Positions 28,237-39,400 of a stretch of DNA of 63,641 nucleotides are shown in pieces (positions within the stretch are counted from its first letter, which is position 1; every line of letters starts with the position of its first letter). This DNA is from a virus. Its lineage: Duplodnaviria > Caudoviricetes. Both the position numbers and the translations under genes were made by a program. The stretch lies in the IMG/VR virus record IMGVR_UViG_3300015203_000009, positions 1-63,641 of that record. One strand, 5' to 3'. The notes beneath the pieces were generated by a model. It was given only the letters and a program-made list of their open reading frames with translations. It did not search any database and was not told the DNA's origin.

Positions 28237-30612
28237 CTACAAGTAGTCAGTGACTGAGATAGCCCGGTCGATGCGGCTTGAGCGAATTTGACGGGTAGCT
28301 AAAACCAGCGGGTCATCCCACCACAAGAGCCCGAAAGCGGTGGAGGCAATCAGAGTGGCTTGAGCGGTTTCGGTGCCGGTGTTCTGGGTGGCGGTCCAAG
28401 CGATGCCAGCTGCGGCAGACAAAGGAAACCGGGCGTTATAGCTGGTGGGAAGCGTGTATTGAAAATTCCCCTCCGGAACAGAAACACTATGGAGAGTGCC
28501 TTGCTCGGAATTCACCAAGTAATTGTCGTAGTTGGGCCAGCGTTTGCCTTGATTATTTATTTTGGACGTATTGACACAGGCTGCCATCGCCTGTCCCATC
28601 AAAGGGAAATTAAAATACGAGGCCTTGATGCCGGTGCCCATGTTTCCGTCCGAATTTATCAGGTATTCTTCGATGCCGAGGCGACGATATAAATTGGGAA
28701 AAGCGGTGAGCGTTTGGTTGTTGTCAACCAGCACTTGCTTCCACGTATATTTCACTGTCGGAAATGGGTTGTAGAAATAAGTGGTTGTATTGCCATCCAA
28801 CCCACAAGTCCCGAAAACCGGGCTCGAATAAGTCGGGATGACATAGCAGGCTGCGAGGGCATACCCATTGCGCGCTGTGTCCCACATTCCGCCAGTTGCC
28901 GCGAACCCTCCGGTTTGACCAAGATTGGAATTAAAAATTTGCTCGTTGATTGAGCGCGCGATGCAATCCCGAATGTAATAGTCCTCAATGGCGGTGATGC
29001 CGTTGGCATTCTGCGCCGTTGTATACTCCGCCACAACCAAGTCGTAAGTAAGAACGAGGTCGAAAAGTGTCTTCACGTCATAGTATCCGCGAATTGTATT
29101 CTCCCGAGAACCGAGACAGGCGTGATAGGAGCCGCCGCCCGGCAACCCCGACTGGTCTTTCTCCAGCCCCACGCTGTCAATGGATGTGGCGTTGTCGAGC
29201 AGCTGTGTCTTGGCGTAATACCCGTAGCTGTGCGTGCCGCCGTCTGCCAGCGTGTCCCAGCCGTTGATTTTAGCCGCAATACAATTCACCGCCGCGTTGC
29301 TGTGCCCGTAGGCATCAACTGTGTAGCCGTACCGCTGCCCTTTGAGGTAGCTGTTGTCGACGTAGGCACGCGCGTTGTAGAAATTCGCGTTCGTGTTCGA
29401 CGTGCCATACCAAGTGTGAACCTCAGTGGATGCATTGGCGATGGTGGCGAGGACGGTTGACCAAGACTTGCTGATAAAAATCGAACCATGAACTTCACTC
29501 GCGCTCGGAAAAGCCGGATTTTTTATGACGGTTCGCGTCTTGGTGTAGGCGATATTTCCCGTGTAATAGTAGTCGAGTGTATTGGTGCCGGTGGAAAAAC
29601 CCGCTGCCGTCAGGATGGGATTTGTCGCCGTTATCCACGCGCCGCCATTGATGCGGTAGTGAACGTCGTTCCCGTTTATGTCCTTCAATTCAAATGTGAC
29701 AGTGCCGGTGCCGGCATTGAAATACGTCGTCTGGTCGCAGATGCGGGGGACGAAATAAGCTTTCGGGGGGGTGGTGTAGAATTGCCCGTTGCCGGTTGCC
29801 CTGACCGTCAAGCACGGCGTCTTTGGGTTCACGACAAAAAGAATCACTTTTCCATCACTCGCAAACCGTTCGAAGTTGAGTGCTCCTATGCCGGGGTTGG
29901 ATGAATCATCATCGGCCACCGTGATTGAATGCCATTCATCGCCGACTGAATCTACGATGCCGCGCCAGAAATAGGTGGAGGCGTTTGCGTTCGAAAGAGC
30001 TGTCCCCGTACTTGGCCCAGTGGTCCCGACAACAGGAACGCCCGCCGAATACTCCAGCGAGGCAAACGTGAACGGGGCCGAATAGGCTGGGAGCAACGTG
30101 CCCGAACCATCTCCTACCGCAAATTCAAGAGCCCATTGAAAATCTCGATCTACCCGGTAGCGGATAGTCGCATAGGCATCTGAAGCCCCGACGATGCCGT
30201 AGTCCCATTCTGTTCCATAGTTTGTGGGAGTGAATTTTGCCCCGGACGTTCCTCCCGTATATTGGCCGGTTTGGCTGGGACTTCCTGTGAGATTGCTCGC
30301 ACAAAGCGAATTGCCCGAGGATTGAGGACCGACGATTTTTATTGTGGCCCCGGTAGCAGCCTGCGTTGCTGTCTCGCCGCTGACGAAGGAACCTGAATTG
30401 TATGCCCCCGGAAGATTGTACGTCGTTACGAAGGCAACATTCCGAGCATTATGCGACATGGTGATGGATGTCGCATCCTTTATATAAACCACTTTCCGAT
30501 CACAGATTGTCTTGTCGGAATAAAAATATTCCTCCATGTAGTCCGTACCCTTGGTGCCTCCCCACACCAAATCTATGCCGGATTTAAAATTAGTCAGCTC
30601 AGAATCGGCCAT
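28237..30612 (-). CDS. Putative tail-associated/receptor-binding protein
   Basis: 791 aa, Tyr/Thr/Asn-rich; in the tail module; more AT-rich. Confidence 0.55.
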   Translation of the reverse strand: MADSELTNFKSGIDLVWGGTKGTDYMEEYFYSDKTICDRKVVYIKDATSITMSHNARNVAFVTTYNLPGAYNSGSFVSGETATQAATGATIKIVGPQSSGNSLCASNLTGSPSQTGQYTGGTSGAKFTPTNYGTEWDYGIVGASDAYATIRYRVDRDFQWALEFAVGDGSGTLLPAYSAPFTFASLEYSAGVPVVGTTGPSTGTALSNANASTYFWRGIVDSVGDEWHSITVADDDSSNPGIGALNFERFASDGKVILFVVNPKTPCLTVRATGNGQFYTTPPKAYFVPRICDQTTYFNAGTGTVTFELKDINGNDVHYRINGGAWITATNPILTAAGFSTGTNTLDYYYTGNIAYTKTRTVIKNPAFPSASEVHGSIFISKSWSTVLATIANASTEVHTWYGTSNTNANFYNARAYVDNSYLKGQRYGYTVDAYGHSNAAVNCIAAKINGWDTLADGGTHSYGYYAKTQLLDNATSIDSVGLEKDQSGLPGGGSYHACLGSRENTIRGYYDVKTLFDLVLTYDLVVAEYTTAQNANGITAIEDYYIRDCIARSINEQIFNSNLGQTGGFAATGGMWDTARNGYALAACYVIPTYSSPVFGTCGLDGNTTTYFYNPFPTVKYTWKQVLVDNNQTLTAFPNLYRRLGIEEYLINSDGNMGTGIKASYFNFPLMGQAMAACVNTSKINNQGKRWPNYDNYLVNSEQGTLHSVSVPEGNFQYTLPTSYNARFPLSAAAGIAWTATQNTGTETAQATLIASTAFGLLWWDDPLVLATRQIRSSRIDRAISVTDYL

Positions 30613-30616
30613 CTAA

Positions 30617-31348
30617 TTATGGGCCGAGAGGGAACGCGGCCGTTGTCTTGTCGATTACAAAATCATCAACATAGGTGTCGCCCGTCCCAGAACTTGAAGC
30701 TATTCCTCCCAAGCTATGGTAGAATGGCTGGTTGGCCGACCCAATAACCGTTTGGTTTGACCCCACCTGAACCCCTGAAGCACTATAAATAGCGAGCGTG
30801 CAGGTTCCGCTTTGCACCGCCTTCGCCGTCGCCCAATACCACGTCGCCGCCGAAATAGTAACCGTGCCCGATGATCCTCCACCATTGAAAAGATAGGCGG
30901 TGTAAACCCCGGCATTGTTTGCCACTCGAAGAGTGGCGATAGATAAGCCGGGTGCGGTGGACTCGCCAAACACCCACGGATTACAATACGTTCCCGCCGA
31001 CAAAGTTGTAACCTGAAACCAAAGCCCCACCGACTGTGTGGTGGGATAGGTGTTTAGGTCGATGGTAAAATAATTCGGAACATTATGGTTCCCGACATAT
31101 CCATATGCTGCCGGGTCGGAAGCCGTATTGATTGTGGACAAAGTCGCTTTCTCGGCGGAGGCACTTCCCAATTGAATGCCCGTAATAGACCAAGCTGAAG
31201 CGGCCACGGCGGGACCGCTGGCCGAGGATTTTAAATTGGCCGCCGTGGGTAACAGAGTCTCGATGGGAGCCCACAAATCCACCGTCAGATTTCCCCCCGC
31301 TGCGGGGTTGGGGCGAAAGGCGGAAATATATCCGAGGGCTCCACTCAT
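30617..31348 (-). CDS. Lectin/LamG-like tail-associated protein
   Basis: TISAATWYW...YVDDFVI beta-sandwich pattern. Confidence 0.5.
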   Translation of the reverse strand: MSGALGYISAFRPNPAAGGNLTVDLWAPIETLLPTAANLKSSASGPAVAASAWSITGIQLGSASAEKATLSTINTASDPAAYGYVGNHNVPNYFTIDLNTYPTTQSVGLWFQVTTLSAGTYCNPWVFGESTAPGLSIATLRVANNAGVYTAYLFNGGGSSGTVTISAATWYWATAKAVQSGTCTLAIYSASGVQVGSNQTVIGSANQPFYHSLGGIASSSGTGDTYVDDFVIDKTTAAFPLGP

Positions 31349-31349
31349 G

Positions 31350-32438
31350 TTAGGTGAGGTTGACGCCGGAAATAATCCAGCCCGTCGACGTCACCTTTCG
31401 AGCTGCCGCGCTTCCGTATTGGGCGAGCGTTCTACTACCCGTTCCGCCAGTGCCGAGCCATGTCAGCGTGTCGCTCGTGATGGCAATAGTGAGGTTGGCT
31501 GCCGCTAAGTTCGTGAAAATAATTACAGTGCCGATGACATGGGCCACGTTCGCGTTGCTGTCGATGGTGAACGTGCGCGCATTGTTGTCACCCACCGGAT
31601 GGAAGATTTCTTTTCCGGCGTCCGCCAGCACCGTCGTGTAGTTGGCGCTCTTGCTGTTCTGGGGAACGCCCAAGAACCCGACCAAATTCGTTCCGTCCAC
31701 CGTGCACCCGGAGAGCGTTCCGCTCGACGGCGTGCCGAGCGCTCCGCCCGAATAAAGAATGGTTGCTGCGCTGTCGGGAAAAGTATAGACGCGCGCGGCC
31801 GTCGGACCGGCGGCGGTGAAATATGCAATGCCCGTGCCACCGTTGGCTGTCGGCACGATTCCGGTGCCCGCCGTGGCGAAATTGATGAGGGCATTGCTGG
31901 CCGGCTGGCCAACATTCACGTATCCTTGCGTGGCGGTGCCCGTCATCAGGACAGGAACAACGAACGTCGTGCTGCCCGAAGGAGCGGTGGAAGTGAGCAG
32001 GCCGGCGGTGGCGGCAGAAAGGTAGTAGGCAGTACCGGCCGTCTTGCCGGCCACCGTGATGGGGCCGGAATAGACGACAACGAAAGTGTTTGTGGTGACG
32101 CTTTCAATCACGCCGCGCGGGAAGGATGTTCCCAAGGCATCGGCCTTCGCCAAGGCCCACGTGCCGTTGTTATTGTAGACGACGTTCTCGGCCGAAAAGC
32201 CGTGCGCGGCCTGCGTGATAGTTTCGGCAATACGCGTGCCCGTGGCAGAAATTGAGGCCCACGAGGCCGTGGTGCCATCTGTCGTCAGGAATTTTCCGGC
32301 ATTCCCCACCTGCGACGGCAACCCCGTGCCGCCAGAGCCAATGTTGTTCGCGAGCAGCGCGACCCAGCGCTGCAGGATGGCCCACTTGACGCCCGGCGTA
32401 TCAGAAAGTTGAATGTCTCGGAGGAGTGCGTCGGCCAT
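31350..32438 (-). CDS. Tail fiber protein
   Basis: LPSQ.GNAGKFLTTDGT..SW; TANGGTG; LGTPSSGTL; C-terminal SANYT.VLADAG...W.ISG; start reassigned to MADALL. Confidence 0.8.
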   Translation of the reverse strand: MADALLRDIQLSDTPGVKWAILQRWVALLANNIGSGGTGLPSQVGNAGKFLTTDGTTASWASISATGTRIAETITQAAHGFSAENVVYNNNGTWALAKADALGTSFPRGVIESVTTNTFVVVYSGPITVAGKTAGTAYYLSAATAGLLTSTAPSGSTTFVVPVLMTGTATQGYVNVGQPASNALINFATAGTGIVPTANGGTGIAYFTAAGPTAARVYTFPDSAATILYSGGALGTPSSGTLSGCTVDGTNLVGFLGVPQNSKSANYTTVLADAGKEIFHPVGDNNARTFTIDSNANVAHVIGTVIIFTNLAAANLTIAITSDTLTWLGTGGTGSRTLAQYGSAAARKVTSTGWIISGVNLT

Positions 32439-32439
32439 G

Positions 32440-32562
32440 TTAGTTGGAGGGTACGGCAATGCCGGCGTTGATGCAGGCTTGCTTCAGGTAGCGTTGAATC
32501 GCGGCGATGGCCACAGACCATTCGTCAGACGGGGAAATTTCTCTTTGCAGTGCGTCGGCCAT
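32440..32562 (-). CDS. 40-aa protein similar to the tail-fiber N-terminus
   Basis: MADALQREISPSDEWSVAIAAIQRYLKQACINAGIAVPSN; class B motif at 32570-32580. Confidence 0.7.
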   Translation of the reverse strand: MADALQREISPSDEWSVAIAAIQRYLKQACINAGIAVPSN

Positions 32563-32592
32563 CAGGATAAAGTATCGGACTTCGTCCGAAGC

Positions 32593-33021
32593 TTACGGAG
32601 GAGCACTGATCGCCAAGGCGGAAGCGAGCAACACTGTGTTCGCTGGGTAAAGGTTGTTGATGAAGGAAAGCACGCCCGTATAGTTTCCGTTCGCCATCGA
32701 ATTCACTGCCGGGTCGAGTTGAAGAGTGGTAATGACACTGGCCCCCGGATTCAATAGTCCAGTTTGAAGATTGAAGAAGCACCAGAAAGCCGACGACACC
32801 GCGGACCAATCCAACGGCAAACCACCCGTGTTCGTGATGGTGTACACTTTCGACGCCGGAGAAAAGGGCCCCCCATGGTTTCCGGCCGACGAAAAATTAG
32901 TCAGCGGGCTCACGGTCAGGAACCCGGGAGAGGGGGAAACGTAGGCCACCTCCACCACGCGCGAGGGCTGCGGATAGAGGACGGCGAATTTCCCGCCAGA
33001 AGTACGGCCGGTTATGGACAT
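32593..33021 (-). CDS. Ig-like (BACON-type) virion protein
   Basis: GGPFSP.S..YTITNTGG..LDWS...G.LNPGAS...GNYTG.L.F.N. Confidence 0.6.
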   Translation of the reverse strand: MSITGRTSGGKFAVLYPQPSRVVEVAYVSPSPGFLTVSPLTNFSSAGNHGGPFSPASKVYTITNTGGLPLDWSAVSSAFWCFFNLQTGLLNPGASVITTLQLDPAVNSMANGNYTGVLSFINNLYPANTVLLASALAISAPP

Positions 33022-35075
33022 ACGGCTCCCTCCAGAATTCTAGGGGACGTTTCGGTGCCGCCCTTGGTGCCCGTGCTCATTTCGTCGTACGGGTCAACCC
33101 AAAGGCGATAGTTCTGCAGCGCAGCCTCGCCCGTCCAATTAATGAGCAAAGAAAAACCAAAATCCACGTAGTCTCCGAGCGGGGATTCGACGTTCAGGCT
33201 GCTGCAGGTGGAATTGGCATTCTGCACAATCTCGCGCGTGCGCAAAACACGGCTTTGTGTCCGGTAGGTGGATACAGATGTAAGATTGACGCCGGCCATC
33301 AGGCTGCCCTTGTCCGCTTCGAGCGCCCACGTCAAAATTTCCTTGTATTTTCCCCTTTGTCCGGCCCAATCCACCACCAAATTAACCTGCCCCTTGATTT
33401 CGGCCATCGTCACCTCACCGAACACGAATTTCTTGTTGTCCAAGCCGCCCACGCGCTCATCGCCGAAGGACGTGTGCATTTTCGTTTCCACGAAGCACGA
33501 AATGGGCTGGCCATTGTCCGTACGCGAGGAAACGAAGGCCTCCCAAAGCCGGTTCTTGCCGTCAAAATCCTTGGAGATGTAGAAGGCGCGCTGCACACCA
33601 TTAAACATGCCGGTGGCCCACTGCAGCGGACGCGTGCCGGTCCAGCTTCCCGCCCAACTCGCCGTGGCGGAAGCCGAGGCATCGTCCAAGGAGGCCACTT
33701 GGTCATACACCCAAGTGTGCTGGTTATACTTGTCGGCGTACGGCACCGACATCAGGATGAAATTCTCGTACGTGCCGGCTGCTGCTCCTGAAAGGTCGGT
33801 AAATAAGTTAGACTTACTGACCATCATCCGCGTGTCTTGGGGAACAAGCTTGCTGTCGCGCGACGCCTGCGCGGCGGAGTTGAAGGAAATGAGCCCAAAG
33901 GGAGACATCCACCACAGCTCTCCAAGCGGTTTCACAACACTGCGTTGCGAGACACAGCCCACCCCCGGAAAAATCGTGCTCTGAAAACTGGGCGTGAGCT
34001 TCCAACTCGCGCGGCTCCGGACGGACGACTGAATCGCCGAGGTGGAGGTGTCGGTGAAGATGACGACAAAGGGGTTGGTGGGGGAAGGTACTTCCGCCAG
34101 CGCCGTCACCTGCTCCGTAAATTGGAAAAATCCCCCGTCCGCCGCATATTGGTTTTCAATGAAGCTGATGGGATTGGAGATGTCGGAGGCCAGCACCTTG
34201 CTCCCGCTGCCCACCCACAGCCGGTCGCCGCTCCACACCATCGGGCCACCCAACGGAACTTGAAATTTTGTGCTATAGCCAAATTTCGGGCTGGTGGTGC
34301 TGACGCTGGGGTCGGTGAGGTAGGCCGTGGGCGCGCTGAAGTAGCCGGTGCCGGCATTCGTCACCAAGACGCCCGACACCGCGTCGCCCGTGAGGACGGC
34401 CGTACCCAAGGCCGTGATGCCGGAAGGGTCGTCGGGGGCAGAAAACACCACGCGCGGGGCCACCGAAAATCCGTTGCCACCAAACAGCACGTTCACCGAT
34501 GCGACAGAATAAGTGGGGAGCCCATTGTAGGTGCCGCCGGAGGCGGTGCCAAGAACGGGCTCAATCACGCCCTGCGCGCTCGGGTCGAGATGGCCCGAAT
34601 TTGCGCCGTCCCAATACGCGGCCCGCGTGAATCCGCCGTCCTGCATGATGAGGATGCGCGTGGGTTCGGTGGCGATAACGGTGCCGTCGCTTTTGGTGAC
34701 AGCACTCTGTACTGCGCTCTCCGCAAAGAGCGTCGTGGCAAATTGGAAGAAAGAAATGTTCGGCAGCGCGCTGTATGAGACAAACGGATACTGGGAGACG
34801 TACACGGTGCCGGAAACGGCGAACACAAGGTAGGGGGCCGCCGCGAGCGGACGAAAATACCACAACCCCTGTGGCACTCCGTCGGGCAATTGAAATATCG
34901 TGTTATACCCCGGACGCGTTCTCACCTTGCCTCCGCGATTGAGGACATTTACGGCGGAATGATAACTCCGGTCGGAAATGAACATCGGGTCGAGCATGCT
35001 CGACATGCCGTCCGTGAACAGCGCGCTGCCGCTGACGCCCCGGCCGCTCTTGGTCATGGTGATGGCCGTGCTCAT
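33012..35075 (-). CDS. Tail nozzle/stabilization protein (T7 gp12/P22 gp10-like)
   Basis: N.LNRGG.V.TRPG start; DRLWV; GVGCVS..S; size and position. Confidence 0.7.
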   Translation of the reverse strand: MSTAITMTKSGRGVSGSALFTDGMSSMLDPMFISDRSYHSAVNVLNRGGKVRTRPGYNTIFQLPDGVPQGLWYFRPLAAAPYLVFAVSGTVYVSQYPFVSYSALPNISFFQFATTLFAESAVQSAVTKSDGTVIATEPTRILIMQDGGFTRAAYWDGANSGHLDPSAQGVIEPVLGTASGGTYNGLPTYSVASVNVLFGGNGFSVAPRVVFSAPDDPSGITALGTAVLTGDAVSGVLVTNAGTGYFSAPTAYLTDPSVSTTSPKFGYSTKFQVPLGGPMVWSGDRLWVGSGSKVLASDISNPISFIENQYAADGGFFQFTEQVTALAEVPSPTNPFVVIFTDTSTSAIQSSVRSRASWKLTPSFQSTIFPGVGCVSQRSVVKPLGELWWMSPFGLISFNSAAQASRDSKLVPQDTRMMVSKSNLFTDLSGAAAGTYENFILMSVPYADKYNQHTWVYDQVASLDDASASATASWAGSWTGTRPLQWATGMFNGVQRAFYISKDFDGKNRLWEAFVSSRTDNGQPISCFVETKMHTSFGDERVGGLDNKKFVFGEVTMAEIKGQVNLVVDWAGQRGKYKEILTWALEADKGSLMAGVNLTSVSTYRTQSRVLRTREIVQNANSTCSSLNVESPLGDYVDFGFSLLINWTGEAALQNYRLWVDPYDEMSTGTKGGTETSPRILEGAVCP

Positions 35076-35086
35076 CCTACCATTCC

Positions 35087-36094
35087 TTACGGGTCGAGCC
35101 GGTTGTACTTGTCCGCGATGAGGTTGTTGTCGGCCATCTGGATGGATGGACCACCCGGAGGACTCATCGACTCCTGCTTCTTGTTCAGGTAGGTGATGGC
35201 CATGAGGTGATATTTGGCCGCCTCGTCGATGCGGTCGGAGTCAATTTTTGCCAGCGACTTCACCATCATCACGAGGGCATACTTGCTATCCAATGGAATC
35301 AAATCTGTATCTAAAGATAGTGTCTTGACGGCCTTCCTAAACCCGACGCGCACGCAGCGGCGTTCATTGGCCTGACACGCACCAATGCCCACTTCAATCC
35401 GGCGATACTGCGGCTCGACGTCGCCCGCGTAGTATTGGCCCACGGCCGTCAGGACGGCCGTGCTGGAAAGTGTGTTGAGCGTGATTTTTCCGACGTGCGC
35501 ACCCAAGGAGACACGTGTGATGCGCGCGATGTAGGGAGCATTCGTGTTGCGCGCCGGAGCTCCGTACACCGTCGGCACCAAGAAGCCGTCCTCCAAAAGT
35601 CCAGTGATGGAATTGGGTGTCCTTATCCAATTTCCGTTGACATCATACCCGTAGATACGCACGGGGACGTTGTTGTCCGTCGCCGTCTCAAGAGTGCAAA
35701 CCAGATAGTTGCCGTTCACGGTGTCGAGCGTCCCGTAGATGGCCACGGGAATATCGTCCCAGAAATGAAATCCGCAGGGAGCCCCGCAGCCGTTGCCGGG
35801 GCCGTTCAAATGAAACTGAAACCAAAAATCATGAGCCTGCGTCGGCCGACCGTTGATGTTGACAGTAAGCACCGTTCCCACCTCGCGCGGCATCGTGATA
35901 ACGTGCCGGCTCGCGCCTTGCGTCAGGCTGCCGTCGTAGGTGAGCAGGATGTCCATGTAGCCGCGCAACGGGTCCCATTCCGTCTCCGTGGACAGAATTT
36001 CGATGGCATCATTCATCCGCGCCAACCCAGCGGCGCGGTCGATGCCACCAAGCACACGCTGAACGTCAGGCAGTACGTCGCTTACTAAAATCAT
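35087..36094 (-). CDS. Putative head-tail adaptor
   Basis: Directly precedes the nozzle gene; ARMNDAIE.L....W pattern. Confidence 0.55.
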   Translation of the reverse strand: MILVSDVLPDVQRVLGGIDRAAGLARMNDAIEILSTETEWDPLRGYMDILLTYDGSLTQGASRHVITMPREVGTVLTVNINGRPTQAHDFWFQFHLNGPGNGCGAPCGFHFWDDIPVAIYGTLDTVNGNYLVCTLETATDNNVPVRIYGYDVNGNWIRTPNSITGLLEDGFLVPTVYGAPARNTNAPYIARITRVSLGAHVGKITLNTLSSTAVLTAVGQYYAGDVEPQYRRIEVGIGACQANERRCVRVGFRKAVKTLSLDTDLIPLDSKYALVMMVKSLAKIDSDRIDEAAKYHLMAITYLNKKQESMSPPGGPSIQMADNNLIADKYNRLDP

Positions 36095-36466
36095 TTATTC
36101 GCCGGAGCCGTCGCTGTCTTCGTCCGCTTCAGGTTTGTTGCGAACGGACTCGAAAATCTCGTCGATGATGTCGGCCGCCTTGGCGGGAGTGTCCTTTTCC
36201 TTCTCTTCCTCGACGTCACAAATTTCAGTGAGACGAAGATCGACAGACGCACTGCCGGCGCGCTCGCCGTCGCTCTCGCGAAGGGAGATGGGGCCGCGCT
36301 CAAAATAAAACGTGATGCGCCCGCACTTGGGAAGGTCGGCCACACGGGGGTTGTCGATGTAGAGATGGAGGCCGTCACTGTCGCGCGCGGCATTGCCGGC
36401 GACGGTGCCGGGGTAGGCCTTTTCGGCCGAGGGTGAGGTGAGGGGAATAGAATCGAAGTCGGCCAT
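36095..36466 (-). CDS. Acidic hypothetical protein
   Basis: Class B motif at 36477-36487. Confidence 0.65.
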   Translation of the reverse strand: MADFDSIPLTSPSAEKAYPGTVAGNAARDSDGLHLYIDNPRVADLPKCGRITFYFERGPISLRESDGERAGSASVDLRLTEICDVEEEKEKDTPAKAADIIDEIFESVRNKPEADEDSDGSGE

Positions 36467-36493
36467 GGTCAGAAGAAAGTATCAGACGCTGCC

Positions 36494-39400
36494 CTAGCTC
36501 GCAGCCACGGTGGTGACGGTGCCCCCGTCTCCACGGTATTTCAGCGCGCCCGACGCACGGTAGAGCTGGGAGAAGCGCGTCAAGGTGCCGCCGAGAGCGA
36601 AGTCTCCCAGCCCGCAGTTCATCGCCATCACGTTGTCACACTGGACGTCCGTGTCGCGGTCGAAATAATATCCGTAGCCCGTGACGTTGTCGATGAATCC
36701 CGGCCCCACTTTGCCACCCGTGACATCCAAGAAAATGACGCCGTGACGGTTGGTGAACGACGGTCCATTGCCGCCGGAGCCAATGTTCGTGATGTGGAAG
36801 CCGATGAGGGAGATGTCGGTGTTGTTGACGCCTGCGTTAGCCTCGACGTCGATGCCGTAGCCCTCGCAATAGCGAATGCTGCCCGAGCCAATTCGGACGT
36901 TGGTGGCACCGAGAACAGCAATGCCCCGGAACCCGCCTTGGCTCAAGTTGTAACCAGAAACGGAAATATTCTTGGGCTCGTTGCCCACGCCGTAGTCGGC
37001 CACGATGCCGATGCAGTCGTCTCCCGAGCTCAACACCGTCGGGTCGATGATGTCCAAGCCGGCGCAACCGTTGCTGACGTGAATGCCGTCGCCCGCCGTC
37101 TGCTGTGAAGTCCAGCGCACGAGTTTGCACCCGTACATGGAAGTGCCGGTGGTGCGGTCACGCGTGAAGACGATGCCGAATTCGGGAGAATTGTAGGCCG
37201 AGCAATCTTGGATGGTGATGAGATCGCCCGCGACGCGCATGGCGCATCCGCCCCCGCGCGAGGCTCCGGGTCGTCCAAAATAATTTGTCAGCGAATGCTC
37301 AATCCGAAGCCCCCGCACCGTCAGACTTCGACAAAATTCGTCAATTACAAAACCTGTTCCAGTGTCGTTGATGAAGAGCGTCGCGCCATATCCTTCAATC
37401 ACGAGATTGTGGAATCCTGTCACTTCCTTCCCGTTCATCGCGTACGTGCCCGGAGGAAAATAAAGCGCGACACCGTCGCCAACAATAACGTCCCCCGCCG
37501 CATTCGAGCCCGTACCGCTCGTGAACACAGCAGTGGGGATGCCGAATGCAACTTGAGCAAAAGCATTTCCTGCGAGGTTGGCCGTGGCGGTGGCCGCTCC
37601 ACTTGAAAAACTCACTGTTGGGGCCGAGGTGTAGCCGCTGCCGATTGAATCAAGCGTTATGGATGTCACGACGCCTGCCGTGAGGACGGCCGTGGCAGCC
37701 GCTCCTGAACCTCCTCCACCGGCAAACAACACTGTCGGAGGAGCACCATATCCCGAGCCACCTCCAGTAACATTCACCGAAGCCAGCGGAACCGTCGGGA
37801 GCGTGCTTAGAGTGAAACTTACGTTCGGGTTGATGGACGCAATCGTCGCCCCGGTGAGCAAATAGTGCCGTGCACTAACGTTCACCACTAACCCGCTAGT
37901 ATCTGCACACGTCACAACAAGACTTCCGCCCGTGATGCCGCAGCGCTTGCCCAAAATTTTGTGGCCCGTGCCGCGCGTGCCAATCACGACGCTCCCGATT
38001 TCCGTGCCGGCCGACGACAGCAACGCGGTCGCAACTTGGCCGCTGCCAAACCCGCCGACAAAAGACATCGTCGGAGCTGTGGCGTAAGCGGTGCCGAAAT
38101 TGGTGATGATGACGCGGTCGATGCCGCCCGTGGTACGGCAGGCCTCGAACGCCGCGAGAATAGCCGCCGTGTCGTCTGTCACGCCGTCGCCCACCGCACC
38201 GTAGTCTTTCACGTTGACGCGATATTCGACAGCCGAGGTAGCCCACGACGTGTTGGTGCCATCCGTCTTGAGAATTTTATTCGCATTCCCGCCTTGGCTT
38301 GGCAGCAGGGCATTCAAAGCGGCGTTCGCTGTCGCCTGACCCGTGCCGCCCGAGGCGACCGGAAGCGGAGTAGAAGCCGAAAGAGTTGTGAACGCTCCCG
38401 TGCTCGGGGTCGTCGCACCAATAGGAGTGTTCTGAATCCCAGTGGTGGTGAGAAGAAACTTAGTAACCCCTCCTGTGATGTCAGCAATGGCGAAGGCCCC
38501 GTTATTGTCCACGTACATGCCCCAATCGCGCGCGGTGGCGCTCGTGCGGGTGAGCCGAAAATAATATCCGCCCGTATTGGTCGCCACCACTGGGCCGCTG
38601 GTGTTCAGCGTGGTGAAAACTCCCGTGCTTGGCGTCGTTGCTCCTATCGCCCCTTGCAGACCTGTAGCCGTGAATTGAGCGACCAAGCCGGCTCCGCCTG
38701 CATAAATTTTGAAGCTCTGTGCCGCCCCGTTGGCATAAAGCAGTGCATCATCCGAATTGTTTCCAAGGATGACGCTCTCGCTTCCGAAGGTGAATTTACT
38801 GACGCTGTTCCGGAGGAAAGAGAGATAGCCTCCTCCCCCAGCGGAGCTTCCGCCATTTAAATTCACCGCCACCGTCCCCGCTCCCGCTCCACCGGGTCCA
38901 GAAGAAATATCCCCTGAAGACCCCAAAGTGGTGAAGGCCCCTGTGTTTGGTGTGATTGCCCCCACCGCTCCTTGAAACCCGGCCGGATTGATGTATCCCC
39001 CGCTCACCAACGTGGCTGGATTGGCCCCCCCTCCCGTAAAATAAAAATTTATGTTCTGGCCAAAGCTCAAATTGATGAGCGTTCCTGCGGCAGCTACGTC
39101 ATCCCGCTGCCAATTCGCCCCGTCATAAGACAAGTTGTTGCTAAAACAAATATCTCCGGGGATGGCTCGATGTAGCCTCCCCTGCGACAGCGTGCCGGAA
39201 GTTTGAACGGCGAAAGTGGGTCTGGTTGCCGTGACTAGCGTAGTGGGAACGCTCAACGTGATGGCGCTATTCGTGAACAGCGCCACGTCCGCTGCGTTTG
39301 CGCTGGTTCTAATGGCAATTCCTGTGCCGCTGGAATTAAAGAGTCGCGCAGCGATGCCGGCCGCAAAGGCCACCTGAAAATCATTCACGCTGTCCGTGAC

